This document shows positions 29,462-39,316 of a stretch of 64,000 nucleotides of DNA, piece after piece. The translations under genes and the position numbers were made by a program. Every line of letters begins with the position of its first letter. Position 1 is the first letter of the stretch. The DNA comes from an uncultured archaeon. Lineage in GTDB: Archaea > Aenigmatarchaeota > Aenigmatarchaeia > CG10238-14 > SCSR01. The notes beneath the pieces were generated by a model. That model saw nothing but the letters and a program-made list of their open reading frames with translations, had not been told where the DNA came from and made no database searches. The DNA lies in assembly GCA_964372485.1 (NCBI GenBank), contig CAYJQI010000001.1:323110-387109 (forward strand), written 5' to 3'.

Positions 29462-32458
29462 ATGATAAAGGAAGTTAAAGGCCCTTACAATCCTAAGGAA
29501 TTGGAAAAAAGAATCAGGGAACACTGGGAGAAGAACAAGATACCAAACAAACTGACTAAACTCGATCCTAAGAAGAAAAAATTCTATCTTTTAGATGGTC
29601 CACCTTATGCAAATGCTGATGCACATGTTGGGCATGTTAAAACAACAACTCTGAAGGATATTTGGAGTAGGTTCAAGTTAATGCAGGGATTTACTTCGTG
29701 GTTTCAACCTGGATTTGACATGCATGGATTACCGATAGAAAATATGGTTGAGAAGAAACTCGGAATAAAATCAAAACAAGATATCGAAATGATGGGTGTT
29801 GATAAATTCCTCGAAGAATGCAAAAGATTTGCAAGTGGTAATGAAGAAAAATGGCTGGAAATGTATCGCAAACTCGGTGCATGGCGCGGATATTTGGAAC
29901 CTTACATCACATTCAAAAATTATTATATTGAATCAGGCTGGTGGACAGTCAAACAACTTTTTGAAAAGGGAATGTTAGTAATGGGCGATAAATCAATTCA
30001 TTGGTGTCCTCATTGTGAGACGGCTTTAGCAGGTTATGAAGTAAGTGATAGTTATGCTGATGTTAAAGATCCTTCGATATATGTCAAGTTTCCTGTAGTT
30101 GGAAAAGAAAATGAATATATTGTAGTTTGGACAACCACACCATGGACATTAATTTCAAATGTTGCAATAGCTGTAAATCCGAATGAATATTATTTGCGTG
30201 TTAAAGTTGGAAATGAAATTTTGATAATTGCAGAAAAACGAGTAGAACCTGTTTTGAAAGATTTACTAAATAAAGAATATGAAATTCTAGAAAAATTCTT
30301 AGGAAAGGAATTGGATGGAATAAAATACAAACCTCTACTTGATGTTCCATCACAGAAAAACTTAGATAAAAATTCGAATGCACGAAAAATAATTTTGTCA
30401 ATTCCAGTTCTAGTGAAGAAAACTTACAAACATCGATTTAAGGAAGGACAAGAGACGAAAGAGGAAAATGTTAAAGAGTTTGTTACGATGAATGAAGGTT
30501 CTGGAGCTGTTCATACTGCACCGGGACATGGACCTGAAGATCATTTGATGGGTTTGCATTACAATCTTCCAATAGTTTCACCAGTTGATGAACAAGGACG
30601 ATATACAGAAGAAGGTGGAGAACTAAAAGGAATCTTTGTTAAAGATGCAGACAAGATGATAGTTGAAAAGTTGGAAAAGAAAAATCTTCTTCTGAATTTC
30701 AGTTGGGTTGTACACTCATATCCATTATGCTGGAGATGTAAATCACCATTAGTTTTCCGTGTAAGCAAACAATGGTTCTTCAAAGTCGATAAAATAAAAG
30801 AAAAAATGATGAGGGAAAATGAAAAAGTAAAATGGTTACCTGAATTTGGTAGGGAAAGATTTCATAATTGGTTGGAAGATGCTGTCGATTGGTGTATTTC
30901 TCAGCAAAGATATTGGGGAATTCCATTACCTGTTTGGATATGTGGAAAATGTGAGAACATTGAAGTTATAGGAAGTTTGTCTGATTTAGAAAAACGTTCG
31001 ACAAAACGATTGCCAAAGAACATAGATTTACATAAGCATGTTGTTGATAAGATAGAGTTGAAATGTAAAAATTGTTCTGGCGTAATGAATCGTGTTCCTG
31101 ATACAATGAATGTTTGGTTTGATTCTGGAATTGCACCATGGGCATCTTTGGGATACCCATATCAAAATAAAGAACTTTTTGAAAAATTATGGCCAGTGGA
31201 TCTTGTAGATGAAAGTCAGGACCAAATACGTGGATGGTTTTATTCTTTGATGTTTTGCGGTGTTGCAACTTTTGGCACATCACCGTATAAATCTGTTGGA
31301 TTGAATGGATGGGTCGTTGATGAGAAAGGAGAAAAGATGAGCAAATCATTAGGAAATGTTGTATGGGCGAATGATGGTTTAGAAAAATTAGGTGCAGACA
31401 TCTTGAGATTGTATTATTGTTGGGAAGTTGCACCATGGGAGGTTCAAAGTTTCAGTTTCAAAACTGCTGAAGAGATTCGAAGAGCATTAAACATATTATG
31501 GAACTCATATTCATTCTTTACAACTTATGTTACATCAGATTTCAAACCAAATTTCAAAAATTTAAAAATAGAAGACAAGTGGATACAGTCAAGATTGAAT
31601 TCTTTGATACAAGAAGTTACTAGACATCTTGAAAATTTTGAATTTCATCATGCGGGAAGAAAGATTGTTGACTTTATTGTTAATGATCTCAGTAGAGTTT
31701 ACATCAAATTAATTCGAGATCGAGTATGGGTAAGTGAAACAGGTAAGGATAGACAAGCTGCATTATCAGTTTTGTATGAATGTTTGTTAACATCTTCAAA
31801 ATTATTGGCTCCAATAGCCCCATTCTTGTCAGAAGAAATATATCAGAACTTGGATAACACCGAGAAATCTGTTTTCATGACAGAATGGCCAGAAGAAGAT
31901 AAAGAATTGATTGACAAAGATCTAGAACTTCATATGGAAATTGGAAAGAAAATAACTGAAGCAGTTCTTGCAGCAAGACAAACAGCAGGAATAAAATTAA
32001 GATGGCCAATTGCAGAATTTTTTGTAGAAAGTGAAGATGAAAATGTGATTAAAACAGTCGCAAAATTGGATAGTACTTTAGCATTCATGACAAATTCGAA
32101 AACAGTCAAAATAACAAAGAAACCTTTAAGTTCAGATTTTGTAGAAACTCAATTCGAACAAGGTAAAGTGTATGTTAACAAAACTTTGGATAAATCAGTT
32201 CTCGAAGAGGCTTTGGTAAAAGAATTGACAAGAGAAATTCAAAATATGAGAAAACAAAATAACTTTAACGTTAAGGAACACATTTCACTTTTCATAAAAT
32301 CTGATGATAATACACAAAAAATATTAACAAAGCACATCGATATAATAAAGAAGGAAGTCGGTGCTACGAAAATAACAACAGGTAAACTCAACGGGGAATA
32401 CAAAAGTAAAGTAAACTTTGAAGATAAAGTCGTTGAAGTCGGCTTTGATCGAGTCTGA
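29462..32458 (+). CDS. ileS: Isoleucyl-tRNA synthetase.
   Basis: GPPYANADAHVGH, WCISQQRYWGIP and KMSKSLGN motifs. Length about 1000 aa. Confidence 0.9.
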   Translation: MIKEVKGPYNPKELEKRIREHWEKNKIPNKLTKLDPKKKKFYLLDGPPYANADAHVGHVKTTTLKDIWSRFKLMQGFTSWFQPGFDMHGLPIENMVEKKLGIKSKQDIEMMGVDKFLEECKRFASGNEEKWLEMYRKLGAWRGYLEPYITFKNYYIESGWWTVKQLFEKGMLVMGDKSIHWCPHCETALAGYEVSDSYADVKDPSIYVKFPVVGKENEYIVVWTTTPWTLISNVAIAVNPNEYYLRVKVGNEILIIAEKRVEPVLKDLLNKEYEILEKFLGKELDGIKYKPLLDVPSQKNLDKNSNARKIILSIPVLVKKTYKHRFKEGQETKEENVKEFVTMNEGSGAVHTAPGHGPEDHLMGLHYNLPIVSPVDEQGRYTEEGGELKGIFVKDADKMIVEKLEKKNLLLNFSWVVHSYPLCWRCKSPLVFRVSKQWFFKVDKIKEKMMRENEKVKWLPEFGRERFHNWLEDAVDWCISQQRYWGIPLPVWICGKCENIEVIGSLSDLEKRSTKRLPKNIDLHKHVVDKIELKCKNCSGVMNRVPDTMNVWFDSGIAPWASLGYPYQNKELFEKLWPVDLVDESQDQIRGWFYSLMFCGVATFGTSPYKSVGLNGWVVDEKGEKMSKSLGNVVWANDGLEKLGADILRLYYCWEVAPWEVQSFSFKTAEEIRRALNILWNSYSFFTTYVTSDFKPNFKNLKIEDKWIQSRLNSLIQEVTRHLENFEFHHAGRKIVDFIVNDLSRVYIKLIRDRVWVSETGKDRQAALSVLYECLLTSSKLLAPIAPFLSEEIYQNLDNTEKSVFMTEWPEEDKELIDKDLELHMEIGKKITEAVLAARQTAGIKLRWPIAEFFVESEDENVIKTVAKLDSTLAFMTNSKTVKITKKPLSSDFVETQFEQGKVYVNKTLDKSVLEEALVKELTREIQNMRKQNNFNVKEHISLFIKSDDNTQKILTKHIDIIKKEVGATKITTGKLNGEYKSKVNFEDKVVEVGFDRV

Positions 32459-32873
32459 TTTTATGGAACTGTCACGAAAAACATTGTTGACAGCCAGCCT
32501 TTCCATTTCTATAATCGGATTAATTGTAATATATTTTGCGACTCTGTTTATTGAACCAGCCAAAATCGAAATAAGCGATATTACTCCAGAATTGGAAGGA
32601 CGGAAAATAAGTGTGGTAGGTCACATCACTCAAAAACGAGAACATCAAGATGGTCATTTGTTTCTTACTTTATCAGATGGAAAATCAACTATAGATGTTC
32701 CGCTTTTTTCAGATATGATGACCACATTGGAAAATTTTGGTATTTCCGCCAAGGAATTTAAGTTCGGTAAAAAAGTTTCTGTTGGTGGTGTTCTTGAAAT
32801 TTACAAAGGTAAACTACAAATAGTTCCTAGAAGTCCAGAAGAAATAAAAATTTTGGTGGATAATGTTTCTTGA
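32418..32873 (+). CDS. Membrane-anchored OB-fold-like protein.
   Basis: Single TM helix followed by a beta-rich domain. Confidence 0.4.
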   Translation: MKIKSLKSALIESDFMELSRKTLLTASLSISIIGLIVIYFATLFIEPAKIEISDITPELEGRKISVVGHITQKREHQDGHLFLTLSDGKSTIDVPLFSDMMTTLENFGISAKEFKFGKKVSVGGVLEIYKGKLQIVPRSPEEIKILVDNVS

Positions 32874-34104
32874 AATTATTTTTTTCAGTTTAATTGGAAT
32901 GATTATTGGGGTTGCATTGGGGTTATTACCTGGATTCCATTTGAATAACATAATACCATTTCTTCTGTTGTTATTACCATTTGTAGATTCCCCATATTAC
33001 ATAGTTACATTGATCGTATCCACTGCAATAAGTCAGATATTCACTAGTTTCATCCCGTCGATTTATTTGGGAGCTCCGGATGGAGATAGTAATAGCCTAT
33101 CAGTTTTGCCAGGTCACAGACTTCTTTTCGAGGGAAGAGGATATGAAGCAATTAAATTGACAGTGATCGGAGGTTTCATAGCTTTACTAACTTCAGCGTT
33201 GATTGTTTTGTTTTTAGGAAGCTACTTTGCAAAAATTTACGAATTTTCACGCCCTTACATCACATATGCACTGATGTTGATTATATTGTTCATGGTATTC
33301 AGTGAGAAGGGTAACAAGAAAGTTTTCGCATTCTCGATAATATTACTTTCAGGAATTTTTGGATTAATTGTACTCAATTCTTCTCTAGTACCGCAACAAA
33401 ATTCTCTCTTTCCAACATTTGCAGGTTTATTTGCACTGAGTACTTTGATAACATCTATTGCTGAAAAATCTAACATGCCTAAACAGGAAATTGATTCAAA
33501 ATTAAATCTTCCAAAAAATGGAATAATAAAAGCTGCTATTTTTGGAGTTATTGCAGGTATATTGATAGGATTATTACCTGCAATTGGAGTATCTCAAGGT
33601 GCAACTCTTATGCAATATATAGGTGGTTTAGGAGAACCAAGAATGTTTTTAACCACTCTATCCGGAATTAACACAGCAAATGAAGTGGTTTCACTTAATT
33701 CGTTATATCTTATATCAAATCCAAGATCTGGTGCATCAGTGGGGATAGAAAGAATAATGCCGGAGATTGGTTTTTATGATATGTTACTTTTCATGGGAAT
33801 AATGATTTTCGTTGCAGGAATGATAGCACCAATAACAATCTATCTTGGGAAGATTGTACCAAAATTTTTAATTAAATTAAACTATACAAAATTATCTTTA
33901 GGTGTCATAATTTTCTTATTACTGTCTATATTTGGTTTGACTGGATTTTACGGATTGTTGATAGCTGCTACAGCCACAGGAATAGGTTTACTTTCAACTT
34001 ATCTTGGAGTAAAAAGAAGTACATGCATGGGTGTGTTAATTGTCCCTACATTGTTATTTTTTGCCGGAGCTAATCCATTTATTTTTGCTCTATTGAATCT
34101 TTAA
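32863..34104 (+). CDS. TctA/DUF112-like polytopic membrane protein.
   Basis: GLLPGFH N-terminus with repeated TM domains. Confidence 0.5.
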   Translation: MFLEIIFFSLIGMIIGVALGLLPGFHLNNIIPFLLLLLPFVDSPYYIVTLIVSTAISQIFTSFIPSIYLGAPDGDSNSLSVLPGHRLLFEGRGYEAIKLTVIGGFIALLTSALIVLFLGSYFAKIYEFSRPYITYALMLIILFMVFSEKGNKKVFAFSIILLSGIFGLIVLNSSLVPQQNSLFPTFAGLFALSTLITSIAEKSNMPKQEIDSKLNLPKNGIIKAAIFGVIAGILIGLLPAIGVSQGATLMQYIGGLGEPRMFLTTLSGINTANEVVSLNSLYLISNPRSGASVGIERIMPEIGFYDMLLFMGIMIFVAGMIAPITIYLGKIVPKFLIKLNYTKLSLGVIIFLLLSIFGLTGFYGLLIAATATGIGLLSTYLGVKRSTCMGVLIVPTLLFFAGANPFIFALLNL

Positions 34105-34129
34105 ATTCTTTTCTATCCTCTACTAATTC

Positions 34130-34873
34130 ATGGCCATAATACCATTTGGATTATATGTAGTTTTGAATGGCGTAGAAAGACCAATAAGACCAGAAATATC
34201 CTTGCTAGGTAAGTCAAAATTTGATATAAGGCGATACACACAAAATCCAGATAATGGTGAAGTAGAATTAGATGATTCAAGAACAATCAACAGAATTGTT
34301 TATGCACTTCAGAGTGCAAGATCGGATAGATACGACTCATTAGCAAGAAGTCAGACTCTTGTAAGAGCAGGAAAGGTGACTATTGATGAAATGAGAGAAG
34401 CCTTATCCAAATTCGATGGTGAAATACGGGATTCCGATATGAGCGTGTGGGGTGAACTTATGGATTCACAACCTCAGTTAAGAGGATTGGAACTTCCTAA
34501 AGGCAAGAATGCACTTTTATACAGAGGACCATGGACAGTGAAAAGGGATTATGAGATAGATGTATTGACCATGCATGATCCAGAAAGAGATATTGTGCCA
34601 GTTTATGTGCCTGAACATATAGACTTCATTACTCAGGAATGGACGGTAGCAACAGAAGCAAATCCAGATACTACTCATTACACAGCTAATTTGGAATACG
34701 CAGAAGAAAATCCAAATGGACTCAATGCTCTCCGTTGGGACTTCGGGACCCCTGAGTGGCCGAGTCTCGAATCGGGCTGGGATCCGTTGGACGGGAACTC
34801 CGGGGGTGCCTTGTTGGGTAGTATACTGAAAATTGATGAAATTGTCGAAAGATTCGAAAGAACTGATCTATGA
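34130..34873 (+). CDS. Hypothetical protein. Its 3' portion contains an extreme GC spike (see findings).
   Basis: Continuous 247-aa ORF. The last roughly 45 codons switch to G/C-ending codons. Confidence 0.35.
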   Translation: MAIIPFGLYVVLNGVERPIRPEISLLGKSKFDIRRYTQNPDNGEVELDDSRTINRIVYALQSARSDRYDSLARSQTLVRAGKVTIDEMREALSKFDGEIRDSDMSVWGELMDSQPQLRGLELPKGKNALLYRGPWTVKRDYEIDVLTMHDPERDIVPVYVPEHIDFITQEWTVATEANPDTTHYTANLEYAEENPNGLNALRWDFGTPEWPSLESGWDPLDGNSGGALLGSILKIDEIVERFERTDL

Positions 34874-35072
34874 ACGAAACAACCACGATGAAACTGAAAT
34901 ATCAAACTTCAAAAACCCACTATTGAATTTCTAGAACACATAAAAGATCAAGTATGCTAGTTTTGTGTGCTTGTCTTGTGATTCTTTCCAGCCTGAAATA
35001 TGATGTACATAAAATAAAATTTTATTCCATCTTAAATTAATTTTTACTTTACTAATATTTAATTAGAACAAA

Positions 35073-36980
35073 ATGCCAAAGTCACGAACATCCAAGGTAA
35101 ATAGTAAGAAAATATCATTCGATGACATAAGATCTAGATATTTCGAATTTTTCAAGAAAAATGGCCATGTTATAGTTCCTTCAGCATCACTTATACCTGA
35201 AAATGATCCTACTACACTTTTTACAGGATCTGGTATGCAGCCATTAATCCCGTATCTAGTTGGTCAACCTCATCCCATGGGTAAAAGATTATGTAATTCC
35301 CAAAAATCATTCCGAGCTGAAGATATCATGGAGGTTGGTGATAATCGACATACAACGTTTTTTGAAATGTTGGGAAATTGGTCTTTGGGAGATTATTTTA
35401 AACAAGAACAATTATCGTGGTTTTTTGAATTTCTTACAGAAGAATTGAAACTTGATCCAAAGAAATTATACGTCTCAGTTTTTTCTGGAGATGAGAAAAA
35501 TAAAGTTCCTAAAGATGAAGAATCTATTGCAATTTGGAAAAAATTATTCGCAAAGAAAGGTATTGATGCAAACTCTGTGGATCTTGTTACAACTGAAAAA
35601 GGAAGCGAGTTGGGAATGCAAGATGGGAGGATTTTTTCATATGGTGCTAAAAAAAATTGGTGGAGTAGAGTCGGTTCTCCAGAAAATATGCCTACAGGCG
35701 AACTAGGCGGACCTGATTCGGAAGTTTTTTATGAATTCACTGATGTGAAGCATGATACAAAATACGGGAAGAAGTGTCATCCAAATTGTGATTGTGGAAG
35801 ATTTCTTGAAATCGGAAATTCAGTTTTCATGGAATATAAAAAATCTGCAGCAGGATTTGAAAAACTAAAACAGAAAAATGTTGATTTTGGAGGAGGATTG
35901 GAGAGAATAGCTGCTGCAATGGCAAATGACCCCGATGTGTTTAGAAATGATGTATTTCAGGAACTTTTTGAAGATATTCGAATCCGTCATGGATGGAATT
36001 ATAATGATGCGACTGAAAAGGAAAAGAAAGCAATGCGAATTGTTGCCGATCACATGCGTTCAGCAGTTTTCATGATTGGAGACGGAGTTACTCCTTCAAA
36101 TAAAGAGCAAGGATACATTTTAAGAAGATTAATACGAAGAGCAATTCATAGCGCACATGAGTTCAATTCACAAACTTCTGATTTGTATGTGCTTGTAGAT
36201 ACGATAACGAACTCGTATAAAATTTCATATCCTGATTTGCTTGCTAAAACTGTAGAGATCAGTGAAGTGTTTAGATTAGAAGAAGAAAAGTTTGGGAAAA
36301 CTTTGAAGAAGGGGTTGAAGATTTACGATTCTTTGGGTAAAAAAATTACAGGGGAAGAAGCTTTCATTTTATTCACAAGTCATGGATTTCCAATTGAATT
36401 GACACAAGAATTGGCAGAACGTGATGGAAAAACTATTGATATAGAATCATTTAAACAAAAAATGAAAGAACATCAGGAACTTTCACGAACTGCTGCTGCG
36501 GGAAGATTCAAAGGAGGGTTGGCTGATACATCGATGCAAACTACGAGATTGCATACAGCACATCATCTTTTGTTAGCAGCTTTGAGAAAAGTTTTAGGTG
36601 ATCATGTGCATCAGCGTGGAAGTAATATCACTTCAGAAAGATTACGAATAGACTTCTCACATCCAGCTAAATTGACTCCTGAAGAATTGAATAAAGTTGA
36701 GAATCTTGTTAATGAAAAAATAAAAGAGAATTTGGATATGGTGAGAAAAGAAATGTCGAAGGATCAAGCTATCAAACTTGGTGCAGAAATGGAATTTGGT
36801 GTGAAATATGGAGATATAGTTTCTGTTTATGTGGCACAAGACAAGAAAGGAAATATTTTCAGCAAAGAATTTTGTGGAGGTCCGCATGTGAAGAATACTG
36901 GTGAACTTGGGATATTTGAAATTATCAAGGAAGAGTCAGTTGCTGCAGGTATTAGAAGAATAAAAGCAATTCTTAAATAG
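35073..36980 (+). CDS. alaS: Alanyl-tRNA synthetase, short form (catalytic plus editing domains, no C-Ala domain).
   Basis: N-terminal FTGSGMQP, WSLGDYFK, editing motifs HTAHHLL and CGGPHV. Confidence 0.85.
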   Translation: MPKSRTSKVNSKKISFDDIRSRYFEFFKKNGHVIVPSASLIPENDPTTLFTGSGMQPLIPYLVGQPHPMGKRLCNSQKSFRAEDIMEVGDNRHTTFFEMLGNWSLGDYFKQEQLSWFFEFLTEELKLDPKKLYVSVFSGDEKNKVPKDEESIAIWKKLFAKKGIDANSVDLVTTEKGSELGMQDGRIFSYGAKKNWWSRVGSPENMPTGELGGPDSEVFYEFTDVKHDTKYGKKCHPNCDCGRFLEIGNSVFMEYKKSAAGFEKLKQKNVDFGGGLERIAAAMANDPDVFRNDVFQELFEDIRIRHGWNYNDATEKEKKAMRIVADHMRSAVFMIGDGVTPSNKEQGYILRRLIRRAIHSAHEFNSQTSDLYVLVDTITNSYKISYPDLLAKTVEISEVFRLEEEKFGKTLKKGLKIYDSLGKKITGEEAFILFTSHGFPIELTQELAERDGKTIDIESFKQKMKEHQELSRTAAAGRFKGGLADTSMQTTRLHTAHHLLLAALRKVLGDHVHQRGSNITSERLRIDFSHPAKLTPEELNKVENLVNEKIKENLDMVRKEMSKDQAIKLGAEMEFGVKYGDIVSVYVAQDKKGNIFSKEFCGGPHVKNTGELGIFEIIKEESVAAGIRRIKAILK

Positions 36981-36986
36981 AGACAA

Positions 36987-37415
36987 ATGAAAAAATGTCC
37001 GTTTTGTGATAAGGAGAACCTTGGTAGGCACGAAATACTCTATGAGACTAATGATAATTTAGTGTTTTTTTCAGCCGAACCTGTCACGATTGGTCATACG
37101 CTTGTAATTCCTAAAAAACATGTTAAGTCCATGCTGGTACTGACTGATAGAGAGGTGGATAGATTATTTGAAGTTGTAAAAAAGACGGCAAAAATTCTTC
37201 ATAAAGTTCTCAAACCTAGTGGATTGGATATAGGAACTAATTATGGGAGATTGGCTGGACAAAGTGTTGATCACTTGCATGTTCATGTTGTTCCACGATA
37301 TAAAGGAGATTTTACTTTCCTACAAATAGTAGGTAAAAATATAGCGCCTTATTCAAGGGTTTTGAAAAATGATGAAATTGGAATTGTAAAGAAATTGAAG
37401 ACGGCTTTCTCTTGA
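36987..37415 (+). CDS. HIT-family hydrolase.
   Basis: CPFC...HTLVIPKKH...HLHVHVVPR histidine triad. Confidence 0.8.
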   Translation: MKKCPFCDKENLGRHEILYETNDNLVFFSAEPVTIGHTLVIPKKHVKSMLVLTDREVDRLFEVVKKTAKILHKVLKPSGLDIGTNYGRLAGQSVDHLHVHVVPRYKGDFTFLQIVGKNIAPYSRVLKNDEIGIVKKLKTAFS

Positions 37416-37459
37416 AGCGTCAAAAAGAGTGATTTATAGACTCCCTCCTAATAATTATT

Positions 37460-38050
37460 ATGCCAATCGTTAAGATGAGAGGCCCTCGTTTAGAATGTTC
37501 ATTGATAGATTCGAGTTCCTTATGGGATCCTGATGTTTTAGTTGTTTTAGTTGAAAATAATCGTACAGTGAACGATGTAACACCATTTAATACTTATCCA
37601 TTGACAAAATATGGATTGGGTTTACGTATTTTGTTTCCTCATGAAAGAGGGTGGACACTTTATGCATCGCCCCTAAATGGTTCTAAAGGCTCGGCTGCCA
37701 TCTACATTGCTGAACGAGAAGGACATGCGGTACAAATTATTCCTCCTTATAGTAGGACTTCTGCACATTTGCATCCTGATACAATTGAAACATTTCAACC
37801 GTTATATGGTAAATCGTGGTTGGCCACAGGAGATGGTACAGTAAAAGTTGAAGAGTTAGACTGGAGATGTGCGACGCATACAGAACCACTAGTAAATCAT
37901 ATGTTAATTACAAGAGAGTCTCCCGCTGTTAATCTTCTACAAACTGACCCTCCGCAATGGTTGCGTGAAATACATCATGTGCATATGAGTGATGAAGAAA
38001 CAGAACGTCTTTATAGCGAATCCTTGCGTATTATATCCTCGCGTTTTTAA
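37460..38050 (+). CDS. Hypothetical protein, possible cupin fold, GC-atypical.
   Basis: HLHPDTIE(x6)G resembles cupin motif 1. GC is about 43-45 %. Confidence 0.4.
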   Translation: MPIVKMRGPRLECSLIDSSSLWDPDVLVVLVENNRTVNDVTPFNTYPLTKYGLGLRILFPHERGWTLYASPLNGSKGSAAIYIAEREGHAVQIIPPYSRTSAHLHPDTIETFQPLYGKSWLATGDGTVKVEELDWRCATHTEPLVNHMLITRESPAVNLLQTDPPQWLREIHHVHMSDEETERLYSESLRIISSRF

Positions 38051-38075
38051 ATTTATTAGTAATAATGATGATTTT

Positions 38076-38735
38076 ATGGTAACCTCAATTGATTTAAGAA
38101 AAAGTAATACGCGGCGAGCGGCGCAATTAGAAGTGGAAGGTTTTATTCTTCACGATCAAGGAAATTATCGTCTAGGTGGAGAAAAATTTGGACATTCATA
38201 TCATGCTGTTGATCGCTACCGTGAAACTCCTGTTGGTCTTGACAGATGTTTAGAAGCAGGTCTCAATAAAATGGCTGTCCTGATAGCTTATGATAGAATA
38301 ATATATTCAAATCCACCGTCTTTTATTGACGAGAGTATTATATCACATCCAGAATTTGGTAATATGGGGACATTTGCTCTTAGGGAAGCTCGAGAGCTTG
38401 GCGTACCTCCTGAATATGGTAGGTTTACTGTTCAATGGTACCTGGAACATGCTGAATGGATGAGAGGCCTTGCCGGTAAAGAACATCTACCTCAAGACGA
38501 TTATCCATTTTTAGAAGGATTGAAAATAGCCAGAAAACATTTTGACATTGGTATGGTAGGAAAGTTGGATGATGCAACTTCTGAACGGTCTTGGAGATTG
38601 TATTTGAAGTGTGTATTGGCACATGATCATCGTAGAGTATTTGGATTGAACGATCATTCACCAGAAATGATAAGAGAAATGGAAGAAAACTATCAAGCAT
38701 ACCTCGATAATCTATTTGAGCACGGTTCTAAATAA
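38076..38735 (+). CDS. Hypothetical protein, GC-atypical.
   Basis: The ATG at 38076 avoids the overlap created by the track start at 37989. No recognisable motif. Confidence 0.35.
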   Translation: MVTSIDLRKSNTRRAAQLEVEGFILHDQGNYRLGGEKFGHSYHAVDRYRETPVGLDRCLEAGLNKMAVLIAYDRIIYSNPPSFIDESIISHPEFGNMGTFALREARELGVPPEYGRFTVQWYLEHAEWMRGLAGKEHLPQDDYPFLEGLKIARKHFDIGMVGKLDDATSERSWRLYLKCVLAHDHRRVFGLNDHSPEMIREMEENYQAYLDNLFEHGSK

Positions 38736-38746
38736 TATTAGAGAAA

Positions 38747-39316
38747 ATGTTACCATTCGTCACAAAGTTACTAGTTGGAGGTCAGCTTAAATTTGAAAAA
38801 GGTAATTTGTCTATCTTTGGAGAAAGAGTTTTAATAATCCCATTGGAATTAGTTTTAATTCTAGTAAAAGAATCCATGAAAGATAAAAAACTAGCAAAAT
38901 CTGTCTACGAAAGTTCAAAACAATCAGTAATAAAATTTTGTGAAAGTATTCAAAAGAGATTGAAAATAAGCAATAAGGAAGTTCTTGAGATTTTAATTAG
39001 TTTAACAGAGATGAACGGCTATGGCGAAATAACTCCGATAAAAATTGATTATATAGAAAAAAATGCAGTATTTCATCTCAAAGGATTGCCGTCTATTGCA
39101 TTTTTCGGTAATATGGACAATGTAACTGATACAACTACTGTCGATGTCTATTGGTGTGGATTGGTTGCTGGAGGAATGTCTTTCGTCTTTTCAGAAGATA
39201 TTGATTGTTTAGAAACTAGGTGTATAGTTTCCGGCAAGGAAACATGTGAGGTTATTGCCGGTCAGAAGGTAGCTCTTAAAAAACAATATCCGAAAGCAAC
39301 AAAATATTTTTCTTAA
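38747..39316 (+). CDS. V4R (4-vinyl reductase-like) domain protein.
   Basis: C-terminal WCGLVAGG...C..C...C pattern. Confidence 0.55.
   Translation: MLPFVTKLLVGGQLKFEKGNLSIFGERVLIIPLELVLILVKESMKDKKLAKSVYESSKQSVIKFCESIQKRLKISNKEVLEILISLTEMNGYGEITPIKIDYIEKNAVFHLKGLPSIAFFGNMDNVTDTTTVDVYWCGLVAGGMSFVFSEDIDCLETRCIVSGKETCEVIAGQKVALKKQYPKATKYFS

Noticed and set aside
34720-34850. The GC spike considered as a tRNA or 5S rRNA.
   Set aside because: I could not find an acceptor/T-arm arrangement or 5S consensus elements. It is left as an unclassified structured-RNA candidate.
34678-34905. 75-aa minus-strand ORF over the GC spike.
   Set aside because: GC-rich sequence keeps frames open on both strands by chance. 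It gives no independent evidence of coding.
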